The translations under genes were made by a program, and so were the position numbers. A DNA stretch of 64,000 bases from Chloroflexota bacterium (GTDB lineage: Bacteria; Chloroflexota; UBA11872; VXOZ01), in NCBI GenBank assembly GCA_964291655.2, contig OZ219801.1, positions 160,001-224,000 on the forward strand, read 5' to 3'. Below are positions 19,856 through 28,889 of the stretch, in pieces. Numbering within the stretch: the first letter of the stretch is position 1; every line of letters starts with the position of its first letter. Under the pieces are notes generated by a model. That model saw nothing but the letters and a program-made list of their open reading frames with translations, was not told where the DNA came from and did not search any database.

Positions 19856-21913
19856 ATGGCGTCTCGCGAACCCGAACAGCTAGCAAACCGAGAGTTTGAA
19901 ATCGACGACGGCAGTGGGCTGCGGGTGGCGCACGTTCGCTTTGAGTCGGAGGCAAAGTTCGACTGGTCGCTGTTCGACGGCTACGACCGCATCCGTATTC
20001 TCACCTACTCAGCAGGTGTGAGCGCGATTATTCGGCTGCTGGAGAAGCATAGCTTCAGCGAATTCGAGTGCGTATTCGGCTGCGAGAGCACGCTGCGCAC
20101 GCTCAAGGACATCATGGCTTTCCAGCAGGTCGCCATCGGCGACACGCGGGCCGCCATCAAGAACCTGTCCGATGAACGCCATGCCTTCATCCTGAGCCGT
20201 GTCAGGGAAGGACAAGCCCGCTTTCGCGTGCTGCGCAAGCAGATCGCCCACGCCAAACTCTACCTGCTGGAGAATACCGAGACCGGCAGCACCCGCACCC
20301 TTGTCGGCTCCGCGAACCTATCGGAGACGGCCTTTGGCGGTCGGCAATCCGAGACTCTGGTCTGCTTCGATGATGATCGCGCCGCGTGGGATCACTACCT
20401 CGACATGTATGAAGCCATCCGGGACCGGGCATCCGACGAGCTGCCGCTGCCGTCTGAGCGCATCGAAAGTACTGAAATTGCGCTGAAGGAAGTGCCCGTC
20501 CTTGATCCTGAAAACATCTCCACTCTGGTAATTGACACGCCGGAGAGCGAGCAGGGCGCAGCCGATGGGGCCCACATTGCCATTCCCACGCAAATTGAGC
20601 GCATTGAAAAGATGAAAGCAGCGATTCCACCGGTGGTGGCCAACCTCATCCCTTCGCCCCGCAGTGGCAAGCAGCAGATCACACCCGACATCCGGCGCAA
20701 GATCGTACGAGAGTCCAGCCGCATCCGCGTCGTGCAGTCCGAGGAAGAGACCGACCACCGCGAGCTATCCATCGACAGAGACACAAAGACCGTTACACTC
20801 CTTGGCGAACCGTATTCACTGGAAGCCGACCTTGCCGCCGCAAAGTCAGATGCGAGACTGCTGGTGGAATTCTTTGGCAACTATGAGGGCACGTTTGAGG
20901 GCGGCATGGGGGTGGAACGGCTGCAGCGGGACTACTTCATCCTCTGGTCGTGGCTCTACTTCGCACCATTCATGTGCGACATGCGCACGCTGGCCGGCCA
21001 CCAGGGTGACATCTTCCGGTTCCCCTCGTTCGCCATCGTCTACGGCAAGCCATCGTGCGGTAAGTCCAGCCTCATCGAGACACTCATGTCATCCATGTTC
21101 GGCAAGTCGTACAGCATCGATAAGCGGGAGTTTACCCGGGCTCGACTAAGAGACATCCAGCACGCCTACAAGCGGTTCCCCGCCGTGTTCGACGATATTG
21201 GCAGGTCGGCCATTCGGAGCCACGGCGAGGACGTCATCAAGGACGAGAATCCGCCGCCGGTCACTGAATACCCCTGCTTCGTGCTCTCGATGAATCAGGA
21301 GCTCAAGGCGTTTACCGACCAGATCGTCAAACGCAGCCTGATGATCTACACCACCACCGCGCTGCCCTCATACAAGGAAGAATTGCGCCACGAGCTGCAC
21401 CTGAAGATACAGGAAGTGCGCCGCAGCCTCTCCACGCACCTCTACCGCGAGTATCTGCAGCGAACGCTCGCTCGCTTTGACGAGACCCCCCAGCCCGAGG
21501 ACTGGCTCGCGTTCTCATCTACCATCCTCGCGGGATTGATCGGCGACCTGCTGGACGACGGTCCGCCTGCATGGTGCACGCCCGTCACGTGGGACGAATA
21601 CGCGGACAAACGCCACGAGCGGGTCAAGTCACAGCTCGAGCACCTGCTGCGGCGCGCCACCCGCATGAACAAAGAGGGCGACCACCCCACCGGCTGGATA
21701 TTGGAAGCTGACAAGGTTATTGTCATCGAACAGAAAGACACCTTCGGACGGCGCGAGTTCGACTGGGAAAACGTCCCCTCCACCCTCATCGACGACAACG
21801 CCAGCGTCGGCGGCCGCACGGTGTTAAATCGCAAAGAGCTGGAGGAGTTCCTAGACAGGAAGCTTACCGGGGGAGGAATTCGATTCCTGGATAAGCTGTT
21901 TGGTCGGAGTTGA
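19856..21913 (+). CDS. PLD-superfamily nuclease domain (NgoFVII/BfiI-like) fused to a P-loop NTPase
   Basis: HAKLYLLEN...LVGSANLS..E (HKD-type), GKPSCGKS (Walker A), AVFDD (Walker B), VLSMN; GGAGG RBS. Confidence 0.8.
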   Translation: MASREPEQLANREFEIDDGSGLRVAHVRFESEAKFDWSLFDGYDRIRILTYSAGVSAIIRLLEKHSFSEFECVFGCESTLRTLKDIMAFQQVAIGDTRAAIKNLSDERHAFILSRVREGQARFRVLRKQIAHAKLYLLENTETGSTRTLVGSANLSETAFGGRQSETLVCFDDDRAAWDHYLDMYEAIRDRASDELPLPSERIESTEIALKEVPVLDPENISTLVIDTPESEQGAADGAHIAIPTQIERIEKMKAAIPPVVANLIPSPRSGKQQITPDIRRKIVRESSRIRVVQSEEETDHRELSIDRDTKTVTLLGEPYSLEADLAAAKSDARLLVEFFGNYEGTFEGGMGVERLQRDYFILWSWLYFAPFMCDMRTLAGHQGDIFRFPSFAIVYGKPSCGKSSLIETLMSSMFGKSYSIDKREFTRARLRDIQHAYKRFPAVFDDIGRSAIRSHGEDVIKDENPPPVTEYPCFVLSMNQELKAFTDQIVKRSLMIYTTTALPSYKEELRHELHLKIQEVRRSLSTHLYREYLQRTLARFDETPQPEDWLAFSSTILAGLIGDLLDDGPPAWCTPVTWDEYADKRHERVKSQLEHLLRRATRMNKEGDHPTGWILEADKVIVIEQKDTFGRREFDWENVPSTLIDDNASVGGRTVLNRKELEEFLDRKLTGGGIRFLDKLFGRS

Positions 21914-22598
21914 AGATGAATCAGACTGAGCCCAATTCATTGCGCCCTGGAGATGCGACGCATCTGGCTCATGCTCCCTTGAAAACAACCAGCCTGCCGG
22001 CCGAGTGGGGCGCCGCGAGGAACTGCATAGCCCTAATTCAGATTGTTTGGTGGGCCAAGGCGTACCGATTTGCGAACTCTTCGCTGGGAAGTCCGATTGT
22101 AGCATCGTGGGCGACTATTCACCACATTTTTCCATGCGATGAGTCACTCAGCCACCGACTCGTCGATGTGCCATACGGAGCCGAGCACCATTCCACCGTG
22201 CTCGACTGAAGACTACGGAACGCCCGTCTGTTGGCAACCCGCGCATCGGAATGCCGACACACCATGAGCGCAATCCGTTTCGTCCGCTTACGGAGCTTGC
22301 TCTTTGACCTGAACCTTCCTCACTGCTACCTTAGACTTGGATGTTTGCCGGTGGGTCACTGTGGACCGAAGGGTCGGAAACGCGCCTAGAGCAAACCGAG
22401 AAATTGTCCCTCACCCTGTTCATGACTCTCAGCTACGACTCCGCATTCGCTGTATAGCGCACTACTTCCCCATGGATGAGGCATATTGCTATGAACTGCG
22501 ACACAGAGTTTGGACGGGAAACTTCCGTCAGGCCAGTAATTCATTGGTGCAATAGGGCCATCTTGTATAGGCAATTTACCTTGAGGAGACGATATTAG

Positions 22599-23588
22599 AT
22601 GGAGAACGCCATTCACACCGCAGAGGGCTACACGGATCGAATACGACAAGAGCTCGGAAACTGCCTCATTGAGACGAATCTTCCTCAAGGTGAGAAGTTC
22701 ATAGGCAAAGTACGGGATCGCTACGATCTTGGGGAACGTTTGGTACTCATCACTACCGACCGACAGAGTGCCTTCGACCGGGTGCTGGCCGCTGTCCCCT
22801 TCAAAGGGCAGGCCCTCAACATGACGAGCGCATGGTGGTTCGAACAGACCCGCCATATTGTGCCAAATCAGGTTCTATCAATCCCCGATCCAAACGTCAC
22901 AATTGCCAAGAAATGTACTGTCTTCCCGATTGAGTTCGTGGTGCGTGGATACATCACCGGAACCACGAGCACCTCCCTCTGGACGGTCTACCAGAGTGGT
23001 CAGCGTCACTACTGTGGCATCGACTTGCCCGACGGCCTCATGAAAAACCAGAAGCTCCCGACGGATTACCTCACACCGACCATCAAGGCGGAGGACCACG
23101 ACCGTCCGATCAGCCCTGACAAGATCGAGTCCGAGAACTGGATGACGGTCGATGATTGGGAACAATGTAGCCGCATCGCGCAGCAACTTTTCGCTTTCGG
23201 TCAAGCCAGGGCAGCCGAACATGGCTTGGTTCTCGTCGATACCAAATATGAGATGGGCCGTGACGAGAACGGTGAGATCCTTCTGATCGATGAGATCCAT
23301 ACCCCTGACTCCAGTCGCTACTGGATCGCCGACACTTATCAACAGCGCATGCGGGAGGGACAGGAACCCGACAACGTCGACAAAGAATTCCTCCGGCTCT
23401 GGTTCACGGAGAACTGCAACCCCTACGAAGATGACGTCCTGCCACCGGCGCCGGATGACCTTGTAATCGAACTCTCAAGACGCTACATCTACCTTTACGA
23501 GTCGATCACCGGTCGCTCTTTCGAGTTTCCGGAGGTGGACCAACCGATCGAGACACGTTTGGAAAACAACCTTGAAGGAATCGCTTGA
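22599..23588 (+). CDS. purC: SAICAR synthase
   Basis: GKVRDRY, TDRQSAFDR, LVDTKYEMG, DEIHTPDSSRYW, DKEFLR. Confidence 0.96.
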   Translation: MENAIHTAEGYTDRIRQELGNCLIETNLPQGEKFIGKVRDRYDLGERLVLITTDRQSAFDRVLAAVPFKGQALNMTSAWWFEQTRHIVPNQVLSIPDPNVTIAKKCTVFPIEFVVRGYITGTTSTSLWTVYQSGQRHYCGIDLPDGLMKNQKLPTDYLTPTIKAEDHDRPISPDKIESENWMTVDDWEQCSRIAQQLFAFGQARAAEHGLVLVDTKYEMGRDENGEILLIDEIHTPDSSRYWIADTYQQRMREGQEPDNVDKEFLRLWFTENCNPYEDDVLPPAPDDLVIELSRRYIYLYESITGRSFEFPEVDQPIETRLENNLEGIA

Positions 23589-23740
23589 AGATATGCGGAG
23601 GACAATAGGGCCGATGTGATTCTCCTTCCACTTCAATTGACGGAAAGCCCTATCCAACAAGCAAGAAGTGTAGGCTGATCAGGCGCTCAACTTAACCGAG
23701 CCGGCATTTTTTCTTAGAAGGTGTCCAATAGGTCGCCTGA

Positions 23741-23801
23741 TCCGTTCGTGGTGAGCTTGTCGAACCAAGAACGACCCTTCGACAGGCTCAGGGTGAACGG
23801 A
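23741..23801. repeat. REP-like inverted-repeat element (TGAGCTTGTCGAA / TTCGACAGGCTCA family)
   Basis: TCCGTTCGTGGTGAGCTTGTCGAA...TTCGACAGGCTCAGGGTGAACGGA folds into one long hairpin. Confidence 0.75.
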
Positions 23802-23921
23802 GTTCTTACACACCATTGGAGTTTCAGCGTCGCAATCACCGTTATCTCTTCTCTGACGGTTCGTCGCCGGGGCTCGTCAAGTTGGCTTGATAGTTAAGCC
23901 GAAATTGAATCGAGCGAAAAA

Positions 23922-24581
23922 GTGAAGAGATTTATCCTCTTTGACCATGATGGCGTTCTGGTGGATACCGAATTCTGGTATTACAAGGCCGGAGAGCGCG
24001 CCCTGGCTGACATTGGATTTATTTTGGATAGAGATCAATACGTCCGAGACATGACCCAGGGATTGGCCACCTGGGGCCAAGCTAGAGCGGCAGGAATTGA
24101 TGAACAGACCATCAGCAGGCAGCGTGAGGTCCGTAATGCCTATTATCAGGAATATCTTAGAACAGAAGACATCGAAATCGAGGGTGTCTTGGAAACGCTG
24201 GACGTACTCGCAGGTGAATACAGGATGGCCGTAATTACTACCTCCAAACCACCTGACTTCGCCTTAATACACGATAGGCGATCCATTCTGGATCATATGG
24301 AATTCTATTTTACTCGGGAGGATTACGAGCGAGCTAAACCACATCCCGAACCCTATCTGAGAGGGCTCCAACGCTTTGGTGCTACTGCCGCTGAAACGGT
24401 TGTTGTTGAAGACTCAGCGAGAGGGATGAACTCGGCAATTGCGGCGGGTATTGACTGCATCGTGGTCGCGAACGAGTTCACTGCAGCTCACGATTTATCC
24501 AAAGCGACTGCCAAGGTTGCTACGTTTAGGGAACTGCCATCTGCAATAAGGGGCTTGGACAACTTACCCGCGCGACGCTGA
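23922..24581 (+). CDS. HAD-family hydrolase/phosphatase (subfamily IA)
   Basis: ILFDHDGVLVDTE, KPHPEPY, VVEDS..G..SA..AG. Confidence 0.92.
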   Translation: MKRFILFDHDGVLVDTEFWYYKAGERALADIGFILDRDQYVRDMTQGLATWGQARAAGIDEQTISRQREVRNAYYQEYLRTEDIEIEGVLETLDVLAGEYRMAVITTSKPPDFALIHDRRSILDHMEFYFTREDYERAKPHPEPYLRGLQRFGATAAETVVVEDSARGMNSAIAAGIDCIVVANEFTAAHDLSKATAKVATFRELPSAIRGLDNLPARR

Positions 24582-24627
24582 AGAGCGCGCGCCTGCCAAA
24601 AGCGTTTGGCCTTAGAAATCGAGAGTC

Positions 24628-24800
24628 ATGAATCAGCAAACGCAGAAGCAACCCGCCGAATCGCCGGCCGAAAGCTATGAATATCAGATGGTACCGGCCA
24701 TATTTGCCCCTTGGGTGCCGGCCTAACTGGGCATTGCAGCGCCACAGATTGGCGGAATTTTCCTGGATGTCGCGTGTGGTACTGGCGTTTTCACGCGAAG
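24628..24800 (+). pseudogene. Class I SAM-dependent methyltransferase (UbiE-like) N-terminal fragment
   Basis: Manual translation MNQQTQKQPAESPAESYEYQMVPAIFAPWVPA*LGIAAPQIGGIFLDVACGTGVFTR; TAA at 24724-24726, motif I at 24766, similarity lost after about 24800. Confidence 0.75.
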
Positions 24801-25037
24801 TTGCCGAGGCTTTGGACCTCATCGTGGAGTTCCGTGAGCGTAAGGAGAAGCTGGAGATTGCCGCAGAAGAAGCGAGGAGCTTGCCCAGGAAGCGGTGGCA
24901 ACTCCTGGATAGCGCCGATGTCAGCGCCACTTTCGCCGGGGACATGGACGAGTATTGCAAGGACGACGACTACGGAAGTCCCTAACGCCTAAAGATAAGG
25001 TGCCCTGGACAGATGGTTGAGGGGCAGATCACCTGGG

Positions 25038-25796
25038 CTAACCTACTAGGGTACCGCTCGCGCGGGTTGGGTACCGAGCGTTCGGACCTTCAAGGATGGC
25101 GCGTTGGGAATCGGTCAGGTCTGCATAGTCATCGGGGTCCAGGTAGCTGGCCGACCATGAGAGCGGGTGCGGGCTGTACTTGAAGAAGATGGTGCGGCGC
25201 TCGTCGGCGCCATTCCAGGGAAGGGTGCCGTGGGTAAGGGCCTCGGTGAAGATGATGGCGGTGCCGGCGGGTCCGGTTACCCGCTCCACGAATGGGCCCG
25301 GTTCGTCCATCGCTTTCCACTCTTCGGGGAACTTGATGTTGCTCTTGTGCGAGCCTGGCACGCAGCCAAAGCCGCCGTCCATGGGTCCGACATCCTTCAG
25401 ATTGTAGGCAACCACGGACAGGCCGTTATACATCATCCCGTCATGGAAGCGGTAGTAGAACGTGGGGTTGTAGGGGGCGCCGCCGCCGTGGAGGTTAGTC
25501 CCGATCGGGCCCTTGCCTGACCTGATGACGTCGAGATAGACGTGGTCGAGCCTGAACTGATCGCCAAGCAGTGTTTCCAGGTAGGGTGTGATTGCCGGAT
25601 TGTCGATTAGGTCACGGTATTCCTTGGACCAGTCAAGCAGATGCTCAAACCTGTGGGTGCGCATGTCCGTTGTGAACTCAGCGGCCATGTGCTCGTCGAG
25701 CACGCTGTTGAGCTGGGCGATCTTCTCAGGTGACAATGCTCCCTGCACAACAAGGTAGCCTTGAAGGTCGAACATGTAGCGCTCGTGGTCGTTCAT
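25038..25796 (-). CDS. Phytanoyl-CoA dioxygenase (PhyH) family protein
   Basis: FDLQGYLV, LHGG, GGFGCVPGSHK, FTEALTHGT, ERR. Confidence 0.88.
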   Translation of the reverse strand: MNDHERYMFDLQGYLVVQGALSPEKIAQLNSVLDEHMAAEFTTDMRTHRFEHLLDWSKEYRDLIDNPAITPYLETLLGDQFRLDHVYLDVIRSGKGPIGTNLHGGGAPYNPTFYYRFHDGMMYNGLSVVAYNLKDVGPMDGGFGCVPGSHKSNIKFPEEWKAMDEPGPFVERVTGPAGTAIIFTEALTHGTLPWNGADERRTIFFKYSPHPLSWSASYLDPDDYADLTDSQRAILEGPNARYPTRASGTLVG

Positions 25797-26210
25797 GAGT
25801 TGTCTCCCTGTTACATGTTATCTGGAATCAATGGCAAGAGCCTTTATGCCATGTTCCTTCCAGGCCCTGTTTCTAGCCTACGTCGACCGCCTCGATGGTC
25901 CACCAAGAGTCAGCAACTCAACACCTACCTTGCCACTCTGGAGGACCAATCGCAATAACCTGGTTTCGATCTCTGTAACTGGAGTCTTGCCAAGGCAGCA
26001 GACATGCGCTTGCGTGGCGTCCAAGATTTGCTTTCGAGCGGGCGCCCCTCTAACTTCCCTTACACGGTTCCGTTCTTACCCTCCGTATTGTCACATCCCT
26101 GGGTAACTATCTCAAAATGGTCAGCCGCCACTGTCGGCGGAACCACCGGTCAAGTCTGGTCAAGTGCAACCGTGGAATAGTTCGAGTCCCTTCAGGTCTT
26201 AGCTATGAAC

Positions 26211-26287
26211 TGGTGGGCAAGAGAGGACTTGAACCTCCGACCTCCACGATGTCAACGTGGCGCTCTAACCGGCTGAGCTACTTGCCC
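26211..26287 (-). tRNA. tRNA-Val (GAC)
   Basis: GGGCAAG acceptor stem, anticodon arm CCACG-TTGACAT-CGTGG, T-loop GGTTCAAGTCC, encoded CCA. Confidence 0.97.
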
Positions 26288-26377
26288 TGCTTCTATAGCG
26301 GAGTATAGCATGCGCCTACCGCCCGGACAATCGGCGACGGCGGGGCGGCAGGCTTGCTGTCTGTAATTGTCAATTGC

Positions 26378-27094
26378 CTAGCGCAACGTTACCAGCACCT
26401 CGTTGCGGCGGAACCAGGGAATGGTGAACGGAGGATCATACGTCGCAATTCTCCAATCGCCTTGGTGCTCCAGACCTTGTGCGTGCAGCCAGTATTCCAG
26501 CTTTGCCCGCTGGGTCTCGGCACTTTGGTTCGACAGCCTCCCGTTGAAGCGAATGCTGGCGACCTCGCGCGCTTCAATTTCGCGAATTGTCACGCTACTG
26601 TTGGTGGGGAGGGGAGCCGTCTCGACCGTGTAGCCCGCGGGGAGCACAAACGCCATCGTCCAGGCTTCGATATCTGCTCCAGCCAGCCTCTGTCCGTCCG
26701 CGCTTTCACCGGTGGCTCTCGGCTCCACTAAGACCGGCACCGTCATGGCGAGCTTTTCCGACTTTGCCTGACCGGAAGGTTCCACCAATACCGGCGTGGT
26801 CATGTCAATGTTCTCGCGGCTGCGATTATTGCCCGATATGTACCTGAACAGCGGACTGAAGGAACTATTCGTCGCCCGGTTGAACGACCCGGTAGCAGAA
26901 ATCTCAGCAACCACGTACGGCTCGTACCTGCGAATCTCGATGTTGCCGTCTTTCAATACGACTTCGTGCGCGGGCTCTTCGTACGCGCTGCCAAACAACG
27001 AGCCGAAGACGAAAGACCTGAGGTAGAAGACTCCCGACCCAAGTAAGAGAACGAATACGAGTGCCACTGCCAGTCTCCTGTATCTTGACATCAT
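26378..27094 (-). CDS. SOUL family heme-binding protein
   Basis: YEEP, IEIRRYE, LFRYISGNN, MTTPV/MTVPV, MAFVLP, YDPPFTIPWFRRNEV. Confidence 0.92.
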   Translation of the reverse strand: MMSRYRRLAVALVFVLLLGSGVFYLRSFVFGSLFGSAYEEPAHEVVLKDGNIEIRRYEPYVVAEISATGSFNRATNSSFSPLFRYISGNNRSRENIDMTTPVLVEPSGQAKSEKLAMTVPVLVEPRATGESADGQRLAGADIEAWTMAFVLPAGYTVETAPLPTNSSVTIREIEAREVASIRFNGRLSNQSAETQRAKLEYWLHAQGLEHQGDWRIATYDPPFTIPWFRRNEVLVTLR

Positions 27095-27670
27095 CCGCTC
27101 CTTCTCCAGTCACTTAGTCGCCTCGTTACGTAAATTATATCTACGCAACCTAAGTAGAAGCTAAGTTATCTGCCGGCCACAGTCCTCCCGCGGAGACATT
27201 TACGGGCAATTGAGCAACTCTACCGCCCGAGAGCGCGACTGGAACGGGTGATTTGGTTGACAGCTTGCAGAGACCCGGAATTTCCTTCGTAATCGGCTTC
27301 GCAAAATGTGCATATTCACAAAGCTGGCAATGGTACAAGAGGACCGTCACACAACGTTAGGAGTGTCCACGAATGTTGCGTGAGAGTTCAATCCAAGCTC
27401 CGGCCTGCCTACTTTCAATGAAGCGTTCTAACCCAGAGAGCAACTTGCCCTTCCTCCACGGCGGGGTATAGCATGGTGCTAACGCTTGGGCTTCATGCGC
27501 AGCGGATGCGGCTGCACCGGCAAGAACTCGGCGGGAATGCGGTGAAGTGCTCCAAATTTCAGCCCAATGCAACGCAGGAGAGCAGTTCTCGCGGAGGAAA
27601 ACCCTAAGAGTCAGAGTAGGGAACTGAATCGCCTCATTTAGGGCATTCAGCCCACCGTGACGGGTCAAAA

Positions 27671-27706
27671 CTCTCCACTCTCGCGAGGAGACGGCCAGGG
27701 TGAGAG
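27671..27706 (+). repeat. Degenerate CTCTCC...GGAGA..GGGTGAG type palindromic repeat
   Basis: CTCTCCACTCTCGCGAGGAGACGGCCAGGGTGAGAG resembles the CCCTCTCCC..GGGAGAGGG..GGGTGAGGG intergenic repeats; single worn copy. Confidence 0.35.
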
Positions 27707-27838
27707 CGAGTCCTAATCCGACTCAATTCCGCTTGCCTGGCCGATGTATCCAAGATTGTTCAGACTGGTACAAGTCAGTTCCTTACCGCCTTGTGAGAGT
27801 GGCGGCAAACACGATCGAGAGGCAAAGGAGTAATCAAG

Positions 27839-28702
27839 GTGAGCGTAACATTACAGCGACCCGAAGTGGGTATGGAAGCTCCGGACTTCAGTCTGCCGGA
27901 CGTGTACGGCAAACGCTGGTCGTGGAGCCAGTTTCGGGGCAAGAGAGTCCTGTTGTACATGTGGGCCTCGTGGTGAGGCTGCCGCGATCAGTTGCCAGGT
28001 TGGCAACGATTTGCGGAAAAGCACCAGGGCGACAACTTCCAGATGCTCTCTGTAGCCATGGACGGCGGCGGCGTGGAAAAGCCACGCGCGTTCGTGGAAG
28101 AGTCCGGTGTCACGTTTCCCACCTTTGTGGACGCCAGCGGCCTCTTGTTCCGCCTCTTCGGCTTCACGGCGGTGCCGAACGGTGTTTACGTGGATGAAAC
28201 GGGCATCATTCGCTTTCAACTCTTCACGGGCTTTAGCGTTGACCGCAAGGACATTGTGGCGCAGCTTGAGACGCTGCTGGCAACGCCTGCCGGCGACGTA
28301 CCCGCCACGCCGACGGTCGCGCAGCAGTCGTTTGAAGTCGAAGTCATGTTGGAGCAAGCGGCATCCCAAGGCGACGATCCGCACATGCAGCTCGGCCTCG
28401 CGGAGGCCCTGCTGCAAGAGGGCGAGAACGAGCACGCGGCAGAGGCATTTCGGCGGGCGTTTGAGCTAGACGGTGATTCTGCCAATGCCGCCTTTGGTCT
28501 GGGCACCGCGCTGCAACAACTTGGGCAGACTTCCGAGGCGCTCGCCTCATGGCGGCAGGCCTTGCAGATCGAGCCGGATAATTTCATCATTCGCAAGCAG
28601 ATCTGGCGCGTCGAATATCCGGAGAAATTCTACCCTGTCATCGACTATGACTGGCAGAAGGTCAAACTTGCCCAAGAGAAGGCTGCGGAAGGCAGAGCGT
28701 GA
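27839..28702 (+). CDS. Probable selenoprotein: TlpA/peroxiredoxin-like thioredoxin-fold domain (UGC motif) plus TPR repeats, 287 aa
   Basis: AAGGAG RBS, GTG 27839, MSVTLQRPEVGMEAPDFSLPDVYGKRWSWSQFRGKRVLLYMWASW-[TGA 27974-27976]-GCRDQLPGWQ, in frame with ORF 27992..28702; TPR helices at the C-terminus. Confidence 0.85.
27982..28016 (+). promoter_or_regulatory. Bacterial SECIS-like hairpin
   Basis: CCGC GATC a GTTGCCA ggt TGGCAAC GATT t GCGG starts 5 nt after the in-frame TGA; 7-bp perfect upper stem with a G-led apical loop. Confidence 0.75.
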
Positions 28703-28733
28703 TTTTCCGAGGCAGGCCTATCGCCCATAGGTT

Positions 28734-28799
28734 GCCACTCCCACGAATGCGGGAGCCACGGGGGTATGAGAAGATGGATTCCCGCGTGCGCGGAAATAA
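28734..28799. repeat. Degenerate inverted pair of the GTCATTCCC..GGGAATCCA repeat family
   Basis: GCCACTCCCACGAATGCGGGAGCCA ... TGGATTCCCGCGTGCGCGGAAAT. Confidence 0.55.
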
Positions 28800-28889
28800 G
28801 GGACTGCGAAGAGTCTCAGTTTCGGGAATTGCAGTCTTGGCGAGGAATCGCTTCGGCAGGATGCTCAGCAGGCAGTGAGGCTATGATGC

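Noticed and set aside
21910-22209. 99-aa ORF overlapping the PLD-ATPase stop as a partner gene
   Set aside because: No motif and unconvincing composition; the overlap alone is not enough.
22335-22396. Hairpin upstream of purC as a ZTP or PRPP riboswitch
   Set aside because: Only loose resemblance (GGTGG..CACT, CGCCTAGAGCA); the GGCG pseudoknot partner and conserved cores are missing. An Rfam scan would settle it.
26170-26200. GTTCGAGTCCC T-loop-like motif on the plus strand as another tRNA or att duplicate
   Set aside because: No cloverleaf, and the orientation is opposite to tRNA-Val.
27992-28702. ORF-track start at TTG 27992 for the redoxin-TPR protein
   Set aside because: No RBS, lies inside the hairpin, and would remove the active-site strand; the upstream GTG with Sec read-through fits better.
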